A stretch of 64,000 nt of DNA from the NCBI GenBank assembly GCA_017302495.1, contig JAFLDG010000001.1:4528-68527 (forward strand), in the 5' to 3' direction. Origin of the DNA: Burkholderiales bacterium. Its GTDB lineage: Bacteria > Pseudomonadota > Gammaproteobacteria > Burkholderiales > Burkholderiaceae_C. Under the pieces are notes generated by a model, which was given only the letters and a program-made list of their open reading frames with translations, was not told where the DNA came from and did not search any database. Each line of letters opens with the position of its first letter. The stretch's first letter is position 1. The position numbers were made by a program, and so were the translations under genes. Positions 1 to 9,907 of the stretch are shown piece after piece.

Positions 1-312
1 CGCCGGCTGCGCTATGTCATGGAGCGCTTCGGTATCACGAAGCGTGACCTGCACGTGGTCCCGCATGGGCTGCGCCACCAGTTCGCGGCCGATCGGTACC
101 ACGACGAAACCGGTCACCCGCCACCGGTGGCGGGTGGCCCGGCCGTTCCCGCTGCCGTGGATGCCGCTGCGCGGAGAGGAGTGTCGATCCTGCTGGGCCA
201 CGGCAGGACCCAGATCACCAACGCCTATTTAAGTCAGGCCACCGCCATGCACAGCAAGTCATCCGAGCGGAGCGGGCCGCCCGCCGCCGCGGCAAGCCCG
301 CCCAGCGCATGA
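1..312 (+). CDS. Tyrosine recombinase/integrase, C-terminal part (5' end outside window)
   Basis: Frame is open from base 1. Contains box II HGLRH..A and LLGH.R..IT.AY with the catalytic Tyr. Confidence 0.85.
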   Translation, partial: RRLRYVMERFGITKRDLHVVPHGLRHQFAADRYHDETGHPPPVAGGPAVPAAVDAAARRGVSILLGHGRTQITNAYLSQATAMHSKSSERSGPPAAAASPPSA

Positions 313-340
313 GGAACGGCGTCTGCTTTTGCCAGCGCAG

Positions 341-2380
341 TCAGTCGACCTGATCGGCGTCAACCGACTCGTACTCCCTGCCGCCGTCACCCCCGCTGGC
401 CGCAGCCTGCTGCTCTTCCTGCATGCCCCGGCTCCGTCCGGCAGGTGGCTGCGTGCGCAGGCAGCGGGGAAGCCAACCGCTCTCGGCCAGCAGTTGCTCC
501 GCACCCGCCGCGGACCCTTCCTTCTTCAGCCCGGACAGCGGTGCGGCAGCATTCGCGCCAGCGGCTTCGGTCACCGCGGCGAGGATCGTCGCCTTCGATA
601 CGTGGTTGAAGTAGGAGGCCGCGCCGGCCTTCCACCAGCGCCGCATGTCGAGCGCGAGCGCGTGGGCCAGCGCGTCGGTGCTCTGGCGCTCGCGCTCGAC
701 GCCGTCGACACCCGTGACACTGGATGCCACCAGGAAGGTCAGCAGTTCGACCACGGTGGTGCGCTCCTGCGCCAGCAGCCAGGGCAGCAGCGCCGCACCA
801 TCCTCGGGAAGGCGCGCGATCCACTCGATGCGGGTCTGCTCCATCAGCTTCCAGGCTTCGGCGTCGGCCATGTCGGCGCACTCACGCCGCAGCGCATCGT
901 GGGTTTCGGTCGCGCTCACCGTCAGCCACTCATCGCAGCCACGGTAGCGACGGAACCCGTCCTTGAGCAGCTTGCAGGCCAGTTGCGCCGTGATCGCCGC
1001 CAGGGCCACGTCCGGCCGCAACAGCAGTTCGGCCCGGATCGCCGCGACGCGGTGCGCGGTCAGGCTGCGCATCAGCTTCTCGGAGTGCACGGAGCGGGCT
1101 CCGCCCTTGGGCAGGCTCACCAGCGATGAGCCGGCGCCAGTTTCGGCGGTGGTGGACTGCCTTGCCGCCTGCACCAGCGCATCGCGGTCCTCCGGCCGCA
1201 CCAGCCCGCGCTTGACTTCGACCGCGCCGCTGCGTCCCACGTACACCAGACAGCCGGCCTGCGCCATCAGGTCAGACGGGAAGTCAGTCAGCGCCTCGTC
1301 GAGGGCGTTCAATTCGCCCTGCAACCGATCCTCGTCCTTTTCCAGCAGCGCGGACTCATCTTCTTTGCCCTCCTCGTCCGACAGCGCCTCCATGCGCTCA
1401 TGCAGCGACTCGAGCTCGGCTTCGAGTTGCGCTTGGCGCGCGGCCTGTTCTTCATTCGGCACGCGGCGCACGCGGCGAACTTCGCCGTGGCGCATGTAGT
1501 CCTCGTAGACCCAGCGCGCACGCACATCGACCCATTTCCAGCCTTCCGCGGCGATTTCGCGCGCCGGCTCCTGCAGCTTGTCCACGGCCAGCCGTTCGAG
1601 CAGCGCCACATCCTGCAGATAGGCCTTGCCCTCGTCGCTGAACAGATCTCGCCGCAGCGGGCCGCCGGCGGCCTCGTAGGCAGGCACGGTGACGAAGATC
1701 GCCAGCCCGTCGCGGTCCGATTCGACCTCACCCCGAGTCAACATACGGCGCAGCTGCTCCGCGCTGCGGTTCCACTCGGGCAACTGCTGCCAGAGTTCCT
1801 CCTGCCGCGCCGGATCGTCGATCGAGGCCAGCACCATCAGGCAGTCCAGCCCGATCCCGCCTTCCCGAAACAGCGTCAGCAGTGCGGGCGACACGGCCGC
1901 CAGCTTGAGCCGGCGCTTGACGACCTGCGGCGTCACGCCGAAGACAGCCGCTACGTCCTCGACCGAGCGGCCGGCGTCGATGAGCCGGGCGAAGGCCGTG
2001 AACTCATCCACCGGATGGAGGGCCTCGCGCTCGACGTTCTCGATCAGGCTGGCCATCAACGCCTGCTCCGCGGGCACCACGAGCACCGGCACGGGCTGAT
2101 TCTCGGGCCAGCGGCCCTGCTCCACCAGCATCGCCATGGCACGCAGGCGGCGCCCGCCGGCGCAGACCTCGTGCAGGCCGCGCGCGCCGCGCACCACCAC
2201 CAGGTTGTGCAGCAGTCCCGCTGCGTCGATGGACGCCGCCAGTTCGCTGAGCGGCATGGCGGCCGCCGCATCCTCTTGCCGCACCTGGTAGTTCGGCGAG
2301 ATCACCAGCTTGTTGAAGGGCACGAAAGTGCGTGGCGACGCCGCGATGACGGCGTCGAGTTCCTGTCTGGAGAGTTTCAT
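341..2380 (-). CDS. ParB/RepB/Spo0J-like N-terminal domain protein (long plasmid/ICE type)
   Basis: ParB motifs LAASIDAAGLLHNLVV, AGGRRLRA and SLIENVEREALHP, then an HTH (VEDVAAVFGVTPQVVKRRLKLA). ATG at 2380 follows a GGAG RBS; the ORF-track start at 2521 is probably an over-extension. Confidence 0.85.
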   Translation of the reverse strand: MKLSRQELDAVIAASPRTFVPFNKLVISPNYQVRQEDAAAAMPLSELAASIDAAGLLHNLVVVRGARGLHEVCAGGRRLRAMAMLVEQGRWPENQPVPVLVVPAEQALMASLIENVEREALHPVDEFTAFARLIDAGRSVEDVAAVFGVTPQVVKRRLKLAAVSPALLTLFREGGIGLDCLMVLASIDDPARQEELWQQLPEWNRSAEQLRRMLTRGEVESDRDGLAIFVTVPAYEAAGGPLRRDLFSDEGKAYLQDVALLERLAVDKLQEPAREIAAEGWKWVDVRARWVYEDYMRHGEVRRVRRVPNEEQAARQAQLEAELESLHERMEALSDEEGKEDESALLEKDEDRLQGELNALDEALTDFPSDLMAQAGCLVYVGRSGAVEVKRGLVRPEDRDALVQAARQSTTAETGAGSSLVSLPKGGARSVHSEKLMRSLTAHRVAAIRAELLLRPDVALAAITAQLACKLLKDGFRRYRGCDEWLTVSATETHDALRRECADMADAEAWKLMEQTRIEWIARLPEDGAALLPWLLAQERTTVVELLTFLVASSVTGVDGVERERQSTDALAHALALDMRRWWKAGAASYFNHVSKATILAAVTEAAGANAAAPLSGLKKEGSAAGAEQLLAESGWLPRCLRTQPPAGRSRGMQEEQQAAASGGDGGREYESVDADQVD

Positions 2381-2867
2381 ATAGGGCTCCTGAATTGGGG
2401 CGGGCACCGCATGGACCCGCGCAATCAGGTTCCCATGGGCCGGCGCGATATCAAGGGCCGGGCACAGTGGCAGGGCCGGCGCCTTTGCCACCGCATTCCG
2501 CCGCGGATGGCGATGCTTCACCGTGGCAACGCTCGACGCCGCAGTTCAAGCGCCACCATTCCGCGCACAGTGCGACGGCTACCTGCAGGCGTCGAGCCTG
2601 TGCCGCCGCGGCGCTGCGTTTCGCGCAGCCCGCGTCCGATTCGTCGGCGTCGCGGTCGATACCCGCCCCCTCCCTACCCACGCTGCCGCGACGGCCCGCT
2701 CACCTGTATCGGTGTCCCGCGGCTCGGCCGTAGCTGAATGAAGCGCCGCCTCCTGCGGCCCGAGCCCGCCAATCGCTGCACCCACGCGACCGGCCATCCA
2801 TCCACCCTGACGGGGAAGCACTTCCCCGCGGGGCAGGTGCGTCTCCGTCGTCCCCACGGAGAACCCC

Positions 2868-5800
2868 ATGGCCCGCATCCCCGAGCCTTCTACCTGGCTG
2901 CCCGGCTTCGAGCCGGAGCCTGCCGCGGCCTTCGCGCCGCCGATGCCTCCCGTTCCTCCCGATCCGCCGCTCGACGACGAGCCGGACGACGAGGAACACG
3001 AACCCCTGCGCTCGCCGCCCCCGTGGCGGCCGAGCGAGCCGAGCACACCGGTGACCCGGCGGCCGGCCTGGCCGCCGCTGCCGCCCGGCGGTCTCGGCAT
3101 CCCCAGCGGCGCGGTCGCGAAATTCGAGGCCAACCTGGTCGCGATCGACACGCTGTATCGGCTCGAAGAAACGAACAGCGAGCCCGATGAAGAAATGCGC
3201 GACAAGCTGCTGCGCTACACCGGCTGGGGCGGCCTGCCCGCGAGCTACAACCTCGAGGCGCCGGAGCCCGCCTGGGCACGCCGCGCGGCACAGTTGCGCG
3301 ACACCCTTGCCGATGACGACTACGAGTCCGCCAGAGCGTCGGTGAACAACAGCCACTACACCCCGGTGTTCGTGATCGAGGCGATGTGGCAGGCGGTGCA
3401 GGGTTTCGGGTTCACCGGCGGCCGAGTGCTGGAACCCAGCGCCGGTATCGGCCATTTCATCGGCGCGATGCCGGTGGCATTGGTTGAGCGCTGCCAGGTC
3501 ACCGCCATCGAAATCGACCGGCTTTCCGGCCGGATGCTGCGGGCGCTCTACGGCGCCAACGGCGACGTGCGCATCGGCGCGTTCGAGAAGACGCCCCTGC
3601 CGGAAGGCTGGTACGACCTGGCCATCGGCAACGTGCCCTTCGGCGCCTACAAGGTGGCCGATTCGAGCAATCGGCCGTACGGGCGCTTCAGCATCCACAA
3701 CTACTTTCTCGGCCGCACGCTGGACCTGCTGCGGCCCGGTGGGCTGGCTTGTTTCATCACCAGCAGCCACACGATGGATGCCTGGGACGACACCGTGCGG
3801 CGCTACCTCGCGTCGCAGGCGCTGCTGCTGGGCGCCATCCGGCTGCCGCGAGGAGCGTTCGCCGAGATCGCCTCGACCGACGTGCAGGCCGACATCCTGT
3901 TCCTGCGCAAGCGCGCGCCGGGCGAGGCCAACGAGCAGCCCTGGCTGGGCCTGAGCGTGGTGCCCGATGCGCTGCGCGACCCGCGCTGCGGCGAACGCTA
4001 CCTGCAGATCAACCAGTGGTACGCGGTACATCCCCAGTTCTGCATCGGCCACATCCGGCAGGAAAGCAACGGCCACGAGCCGGTGCCGACCGCGGTGTTC
4101 GATGGCCAACTCGCCGAAGAGCTGCCGCGGCGCATCGATCTGCTGCCGCGGACCGTGTACGAATCGGCCGCTCGTGCGGCCACGCAAGCACCGCGCCAAA
4201 GCGAGAGCGCTTCAACTGGGGCGCGGCCCGGCAGCCATCATCTGCACCGCGGCCGTGTGCATCGGGCGGAGGACGGCCTGCTGGTCGACATCCACGGCCG
4301 GCTGAACGCCACGCAGCGCGCCCGCATCGCGGGACTGTGCGCGATACGGGATCACGCGCGGGCGCTGCTCGATCTGCAGCTGGCCGATGCCGACGACAGC
4401 CGGCAGCGCCAGGAGCGGGCCATGCTGAACGGCAGCTACGACCGCTACGTCGCCCGCTTCGGGTGCCTGTCGAACCGGGCCAACGCGCTGGCGTTCCGGC
4501 GCGACCCCGACTACCCGCTGCTGCTGTCGCTGGAGCACTATGACGAAGAAACCGAGACCGCCGGCAAGGCCACGCTGTTCAGCCGCAAGACGCTGACGAG
4601 GATCGTCGAACCCGACGCGGTGGCCGGGCCCGAGGAGGCACTCGCCGCTTCGGTGCAGTGGCGCGGCCGGGTCGATCCGGAGTGGATGGGCCGGCTGCTG
4701 TCGGCGCCGCCGGAAGCGGTGCTGGTTGCTCTGGCCGGCCGGGGCCAGGTGTTCATGGACCCCGAGGACGGGCTGTGGAAGACCGCCGACGAGTATCTGT
4801 CCGGCGAGGTCAAGGCCAAGCTGAGGCAGGCGCTGGCCGCCGGCGTGGCTTTCGCACGCAACGTCGCGGCATTGGAACGGGTGCAGCCTGAAGATCTGCC
4901 GCCGGCATCGATCGAGCCGCGCCTGGGTGCGGTGTGGATACCACCCGGCGACGTTGAGGACTTCGTCCGCGAGGTGCTGGAACAGAAGGACTGCGAGATC
5001 GGCTACTCGGCGCTGGCCGGAGCCTGGTCGGTGCGCTACCCCGAGTGGAGCGCGCGCCAGAACGTCAAGGTGACGCAGGAGTTCGGCACCTCGCGGCTGA
5101 ACGCAATCGAACTGCTGCAGTGCGCGCTGAACGTGCAGGTGCCGACGGTTCGTGATCCGGACCCGGCCAGCGACCGCAGCATCGTCAACCCCGACGAGAC
5201 GCTGGCCGCGCGCGAGAAGCTCGCGCTGATCAAGGAGCGCTTCGCCGCCTGGGCCTTCGACGAACCCAATCGCCGCGAGCGGCTGTGCCGGACCTACAAC
5301 GACCTGTTCAACGCCACCCGGCCGCGGCAGTTCGACGGCACGCACCTGAAGCTGCCGGGGTTCTCGCGCTGCTACGCGCTGCACCCGCACCAGCGGGATG
5401 CCGTGTGGCGCGTCGTGCAGTCGGGCAACACGGGGCTGTTCCACGTCGTCGGCGCCGGCAAGACGGCGGTCTGTGCGATCGCCGGCATGGAGCTGCGGCG
5501 CCTCGGCTTGGCGGCCAAGCCCTGCCATGTGGTGCCGAACCACATGCTGGCGCAGTACACGGCCGAGTTCGTGCGGCTGTACCCGAACGCCGCCGTGCTG
5601 ATGGCGGGCAAGGAAGACCTGGAGGGCGACTGCCGGCGCGAGCTGGTGTCGCGCATCGCCACGGGCGACTGGGACGCGGTGGTCATCACGCACTCGAGCT
5701 TCGAGCGCATCCGCATGTCACCGGCATTTACCGAAACTTTCATCAAGGAGATCGTCATGGAAATCGAGATGGCGGTGCGCGCCGAGCGGCGCAACGACCG

Positions 5801-7832
5801 GGGCAACCGGATCGTCAAGCACCTTGAAGCGATGAAAAAGAACTGGGCCGTGCGGCTGGAGAGGCTGCTGGCCGACGCGAAGAAGGACGATCTGCTGAGC
5901 TGGGAACAGCTCGGCATCGATTGCCTATTCGTCGACGAGGCCCACCTGTTCAAGAACCTGTACCGGTTCACGAAGATGACGCGGGTGGCCGGCCTGCCGC
6001 TGCCGAACTCGCAGCGCGCCTTCGACCTGTTCTTGAAGACGCGCTACACGATGCGTCTGCACGGCGGCGCGCAGCGCGGGGTGGTGTTCGCAACCGCGAC
6101 ACCGGTGGCCAACACCATGGCCGAGGTGCACACGATGATGCGCTACCTGCAGCCCCGGAGGCTGGAAGCGCTCGGCCTGCAGCAGTTCGACGCTTGGGCC
6201 GCCACCTTCGGCGAGAGCGTCACGGCGCTGGAGATCGCGCCCGACGGCAGTGGCTACCGCATGAACACGCGCTTCGCGCGTTTCATCAACGTACCCGAGC
6301 TGATGGCGGTGTTCGGCGAAGTGGCCGACATCCGCACTGCGGAAATGCTCAAGCTGGCGGTGCCCACGCTGCGCAGCGGCAACCCGCGCATCGTGGCCTG
6401 TCCGGCCAGCAACGCGCTGAAGGCCTTGGTGCGCACGCTCGTCGAACGTGCCGAAGCGATCCGTATGGGTCGAGTCACACCGCAGCAGGACAACATGCTT
6501 GCGGTGACCACCGACGGCCGCAAGGCCGCGCTGGACTTCCGGCTGGTGGCACCCGCAGCGCACTTCGATGTGCAGGGCAAGGTGGCGGCCTGTGTGCGGG
6601 AGCTGTTGACGGTGCGCGAACGCACCGGGGCCTTCCGCGGCGCGCAGTTGGTGTTCTGCGACCTGTCGTCGCCGAAGCAAGGCAAGGCCTTCAGCGTCTA
6701 CGACGACCTGAAGCAGCGGCTGGCCGATGCCGGCGTGCCGGCGCAGGAAATCGCATTCGTGCACGACGCCGACACCGATGCGCAGAAGGCCACGCTGTTC
6801 AAGGCCGTGCGCGAAGGCCGGGTACGGATTCTGCTCGGCTCGACCGCCAAGATGGGTATCGGCACCAACGTGCAGACCCGGCTGGCCGCCCTGCACCACC
6901 TGGACGCGCCCTGGCGGCCCTGCGACGTGGAACAACGCGAGGGGCGCATCCTGCGCCAAGGGAACGAGTGCGAAGACGTGGAGATCTTCCGCTACGTCAC
7001 CGAAGGCAGCTTCGACAGCTACATGTGGCAGGCCCTGGAAACCAAGGCGCGTTTCATTGCGCAGGTGATGGGCGGCGACAAGGGGCTGCGTTCGATCGAG
7101 GATGTGGAATTGGCGGCGCTGTCGTACGCCGAAGTGAAGGCGCTGGCCTCGGGCAATCCGCTCGTCATCGAGAAGGCCGGCGTGGACGCCGAAGTGGCCA
7201 AGCTGTCGACGCTCTTCTCGGTGTGGCGCAACCAGCGCTATGCCAACGAAAGCGAGGTGGCGCGGCTGCCGATGCTGATCGAGTCGCTGGAGCGCAAGCT
7301 GGCGCTAATGGAGCAAGACTGTCTGCACGTCACGCCGGCATCGGCCGGCGAGATGCGTCTCGAGCTGGCCGGGCAGGTGCTGCTCGGCGCGGAAGCCGCC
7401 GGAGAAGGACTGCGTCAACTGGTGCGCGCGGCGAAGGCAGCGCGAGGGACGGTCGACCAGCACGTTGGCCGGTTCGGGGACTTTGACCTCGGGCTGCGCT
7501 CCGGGCATGGCGATGCCGTGCCGAGCCTGTACCTCGAAGGGCTCTGCCGCTACGAGGCGGAGGCGTACCAGACCGCCCAGGGACTGGCAGCGGCGCTGCT
7601 CGCCGCGCTGGCCTCGATCCCCGAGCAGCGTGATGCCGCCCGCCAGCAACTGGCGGTGCGCGTCAAACGCATGGTCGATCTGCGGATCGAGCTCGAACGT
7701 CCTTTCGAGCATGCGGATCGGTTGGCGGATCTGCTGGCCCGGCAGCGTCGCCTGCAGCATCAACTCCATCTCGACAAGGATTCGGCCGGCGCGGGCCGAA
7801 TGGACGCCGACGACGCGAAGCTGGCCGCATAG
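2868..7832 (+). CDS. DNA methyltransferase / SNF2-type helicase fusion (DarB-like)
   Basis: MTase motifs VLEPSAGIGHF and GNVPFG; helicase Walker A HVVGAGKT, DEAH box, ATATP and QREGRILRQGN. GGAG RBS. Confidence 0.85.
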   Translation: MARIPEPSTWLPGFEPEPAAAFAPPMPPVPPDPPLDDEPDDEEHEPLRSPPPWRPSEPSTPVTRRPAWPPLPPGGLGIPSGAVAKFEANLVAIDTLYRLEETNSEPDEEMRDKLLRYTGWGGLPASYNLEAPEPAWARRAAQLRDTLADDDYESARASVNNSHYTPVFVIEAMWQAVQGFGFTGGRVLEPSAGIGHFIGAMPVALVERCQVTAIEIDRLSGRMLRALYGANGDVRIGAFEKTPLPEGWYDLAIGNVPFGAYKVADSSNRPYGRFSIHNYFLGRTLDLLRPGGLACFITSSHTMDAWDDTVRRYLASQALLLGAIRLPRGAFAEIASTDVQADILFLRKRAPGEANEQPWLGLSVVPDALRDPRCGERYLQINQWYAVHPQFCIGHIRQESNGHEPVPTAVFDGQLAEELPRRIDLLPRTVYESAARAATQAPRQSESASTGARPGSHHLHRGRVHRAEDGLLVDIHGRLNATQRARIAGLCAIRDHARALLDLQLADADDSRQRQERAMLNGSYDRYVARFGCLSNRANALAFRRDPDYPLLLSLEHYDEETETAGKATLFSRKTLTRIVEPDAVAGPEEALAASVQWRGRVDPEWMGRLLSAPPEAVLVALAGRGQVFMDPEDGLWKTADEYLSGEVKAKLRQALAAGVAFARNVAALERVQPEDLPPASIEPRLGAVWIPPGDVEDFVREVLEQKDCEIGYSALAGAWSVRYPEWSARQNVKVTQEFGTSRLNAIELLQCALNVQVPTVRDPDPASDRSIVNPDETLAAREKLALIKERFAAWAFDEPNRRERLCRTYNDLFNATRPRQFDGTHLKLPGFSRCYALHPHQRDAVWRVVQSGNTGLFHVVGAGKTAVCAIAGMELRRLGLAAKPCHVVPNHMLAQYTAEFVRLYPNAAVLMAGKEDLEGDCRRELVSRIATGDWDAVVITHSSFERIRMSPAFTETFIKEIVMEIEMAVRAERRNDRGNRIVKHLEAMKKNWAVRLERLLADAKKDDLLSWEQLGIDCLFVDEAHLFKNLYRFTKMTRVAGLPLPNSQRAFDLFLKTRYTMRLHGGAQRGVVFATATPVANTMAEVHTMMRYLQPRRLEALGLQQFDAWAATFGESVTALEIAPDGSGYRMNTRFARFINVPELMAVFGEVADIRTAEMLKLAVPTLRSGNPRIVACPASNALKALVRTLVERAEAIRMGRVTPQQDNMLAVTTDGRKAALDFRLVAPAAHFDVQGKVAACVRELLTVRERTGAFRGAQLVFCDLSSPKQGKAFSVYDDLKQRLADAGVPAQEIAFVHDADTDAQKATLFKAVREGRVRILLGSTAKMGIGTNVQTRLAALHHLDAPWRPCDVEQREGRILRQGNECEDVEIFRYVTEGSFDSYMWQALETKARFIAQVMGGDKGLRSIEDVELAALSYAEVKALASGNPLVIEKAGVDAEVAKLSTLFSVWRNQRYANESEVARLPMLIESLERKLALMEQDCLHVTPASAGEMRLELAGQVLLGAEAAGEGLRQLVRAAKAARGTVDQHVGRFGDFDLGLRSGHGDAVPSLYLEGLCRYEAEAYQTAQGLAAALLAALASIPEQRDAARQQLAVRVKRMVDLRIELERPFEHADRLADLLARQRRLQHQLHLDKDSAGAGRMDADDAKLAA

Positions 7833-7843
7833 CTGCGGTTTTG

Positions 7844-7878
7844 CCCCTCCCCGCTACCGCGGGGAGGGGTTTGTCTTC
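7844..7878 (+). terminator. Rho-independent terminator after the helicase gene
   Basis: Perfect 11-bp stem CCCCTCCCCGC-TACC-GCGGGGAGGGG followed by TTTGTCTTC, 11 nt after the stop codon. Confidence 0.75.
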
Positions 7879-7947
7879 TGGTTATCCGCCAGTCCGATCG
7901 CATGCGGCCTTCAAGCGCAGGTTCAGCACCAGCGCACTCGTGCCGAG

Positions 7948-8211
7948 CTACCTGCAGCAGCATCCGCTGCCCGCGGCTGCCCTGCGGGGATGTTCGGCTT
8001 CGATGGCGCTGGCGATCTGTATGGGTGAGTAGCCGGCCTGCTGGATGGCTTGGCCCAACTCGGCAGCGTTGGCCCGTCCCGATTCGATGTCCACACGCTG
8101 CGCTGCCAGATCGAATCGCAGGTCGGCGGCAGCGTCCACAGCCTTCAGCGCGCTGGTGATGGTTCCGACGCAATGGCCGCAAGTCATGTCGTTCACTTGG
8201 AAAGAAATCAT
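7948..8211 (-). CDS. copZ: HMA-domain copper chaperone (CopZ-like) with Cys-rich tail
   Basis: MISFQVNDMTCGHC, 87 aa, C-terminal GSGCCCR. GAGGA RBS and a CueR-type promoter upstream. Confidence 0.85.
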   Translation of the reverse strand: MISFQVNDMTCGHCVGTITSALKAVDAAADLRFDLAAQRVDIESGRANAAELGQAIQQAGYSPIQIASAIEAEHPRRAAAGSGCCCR

Positions 8212-8243
8212 CGGAGTCGTCCTCAAAGGCCGTGAGACATCGG

Positions 8244-8274
8244 AATCTGAAGCTTCCCCTCGTTGGAAGGTCAA
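8244..8274 (-). promoter_or_regulatory. CueR-type promoter for copZ
   Basis: Minus strand reads TTGACC-19 bp-CAGATT with dyad ACCTTCC-N7-GGAAGCT, matching the CueR box ACCTTCC-N7-GGAAGGT. Confidence 0.85.
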
Positions 8275-8321
8275 CGACTTCCACAATGACCCTGCTTGCT
8301 GCACAACTTTGTAGAATCGAC

Positions 8322-8352
8322 TTGACATTCCCATCGCTGGAACTCTGAAGCT
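8322..8352 (+). promoter_or_regulatory. Possible CueR-type (autoregulatory) promoter upstream of cueR
   Basis: TTGACA-19 bp-GAAGCT, with a TTCC-N7-GGAA dyad in the spacer. Confidence 0.55.
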
Positions 8353-8418
8353 GCAGGTGTTCACTGCAATGCACGGGCAGTCCGTTCCGTGAAACGTCCA
8401 TCGAAACACATGGAAGCA

Positions 8419-8868
8419 ATGAACATCGGCCAAGCCGCCGCCGCTTCGGGCGTTTCGGCCAAGATGATCCGGCACTACGAAGAGGTCGGACTGGTGCCTG
8501 CGCCCAAGCGGACGGATTCCGGCTACCGGCAGTACGGCGACGGGGAAATCCACACATTGCGTTTTGTCCGCCAGGCGCGTGACCTGGGCTTTTCCATTGC
8601 CGAGATCGGCGAGCTGTTGAGCCTGTGGCACAACCGCAGGCGGCCGAGCCGTCTGGTGAAAGCGATGGCCGAGGCTCATATCCTGGTGCTCGAACAGAAG
8701 GCGCAGGAGCTGTTGGCAATGAAGCGCACGCTGGAGCATCTGGTTCATGGCTGCCACGGGGACGACCGTCCTGAATGCCCGATCCTGGATGAACTGGCCA
8801 GCGGCAAGCCTGTCGTCGCGACCAGCAGGCTCAAACTGACCGGCGCAAGAAGAAGGGCGGCGGCATAG
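8419..8868 (+). CDS. cueR: Cu(I)-responsive MerR-family regulator CueR
   Basis: MNIGQAAAASGVSAKMIRHYE N-terminus, Ser at the position-77 equivalent, CHGDDRPECPIL metal loop. Confidence 0.92.
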   Translation: MNIGQAAAASGVSAKMIRHYEEVGLVPAPKRTDSGYRQYGDGEIHTLRFVRQARDLGFSIAEIGELLSLWHNRRRPSRLVKAMAEAHILVLEQKAQELLAMKRTLEHLVHGCHGDDRPECPILDELASGKPVVATSRLKLTGARRRAAA

Positions 8869-8967
8869 CCCCCCGCGAGATCGAGCGTACGGACGCCAAC
8901 ATGTGTGGAAAAGACACCTCTGGCCGAACGGCAGCACGACTCTGAAGGGTCGCTGCGCTAGACTTGG

Positions 8968-9399
8968 ATGATGTTTCGCATGGCTCGGATGCTCTTGATC
9001 TGGTTGCTGGCCCTTGCGCTGCCCGCGCAAGGCGTCATGGCGGCGACCATGGTCTTCTGCGGCCCGAATCATCATGAACGAGCCGCCGCGACGTCGCACG
9101 ACGCTGGCTCGGCGCATCGAGCGCTGGGTTCCGCGGCGAATTCGCATCATGAAGCCTTGGGCGGGCAGGCCGAATTCACAGCGCCCGACGAAGCGGCGGA
9201 GTCCGAAACGCTCTCACCGTCCGGCATGCAGAAGTGCAGCGTCTGTGCCTCGTGCTGTTCGGCTGCTGCCATCCACGGCACGGCATCGAAGCTGCCCGCT
9301 CTCGAACCCATGGCCGCGGACTTCGCTGCCTTGGCGCCCACCGTCGAGCCCTTTGCTGCCGACGGCCCCGACCGCCCGCCCCGACACCTCCTCGCGTAG
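8968..9399 (+). CDS. CzcI/CopL/DUF2946-like exported leader protein
   Basis: Signal peptide LLIWLLALALPAQGVMAA, His-containing linker, CSVCASCC, C-terminal PDRPPR. First gene of the copper operon. Confidence 0.7.
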   Translation: MMFRMARMLLIWLLALALPAQGVMAATMVFCGPNHHERAAATSHDAGSAHRALGSAANSHHEALGGQAEFTAPDEAAESETLSPSGMQKCSVCASCCSAAAIHGTASKLPALEPMAADFAALAPTVEPFAADGPDRPPRHLLA

Positions 9400-9505
9400 C
9401 CGGTAGGCTCAGTTCGCGCGCCTTGACGCGCATCGCCTCGCCGGCCCTGTCCGTCCCCCGTGCTGCTCGTGCAGCGCGGGCCTGTGACCCTTACGCGAGG
9501 ACACC

Positions 9506-9907
9506 ATGGTCCACGTACTTCTGCGCTGGCTCGTGCGGGCCGCGCTTTGCACATCCGCCCTCGCCGCGCAGGCGCAAGGCGCCGGCTCGCCGACCGCTCC
9601 GGCCACGCGGCCCGATCCCCTCGACCCCAAGGCCAGCGTTCCTGCGCTGACCTACAGCTCGCCGCTCGCGCGCTACCGGGGATTCAGTGACGACAAGCCC
9701 GTCTCCTGGCGCGAGGCCAACGACGCGGTGGCCCGCATCGGCGGCTGGCGCGTCTACGCCCGCGAAGCGCAACAGCCCGAGGCGGCGCCCACCGGTGCGG
9801 ACGCGCCGGCAGCGCCCAGGCCCGGCAGCCCCGCCAAGGACAGCCCTGCATCGATGCCCATGCCACCCGGCCACCACGGGCACAAGTCATCGAAAGGCCC
9901 GCAATGA
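9506..9907 (+). CDS. Exported hypothetical protein preceding the copper TolC gene
   Basis: Signal peptide, WREANDAVARIGGWRVYAREA segment, His/Met tail. GAGGA RBS; ATGA overlap with the next gene. Confidence 0.7.
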   Translation: MVHVLLRWLVRAALCTSALAAQAQGAGSPTAPATRPDPLDPKASVPALTYSSPLARYRGFSDDKPVSWREANDAVARIGGWRVYAREAQQPEAAPTGADAPAAPRPGSPAKDSPASMPMPPGHHGHKSSKGPQ

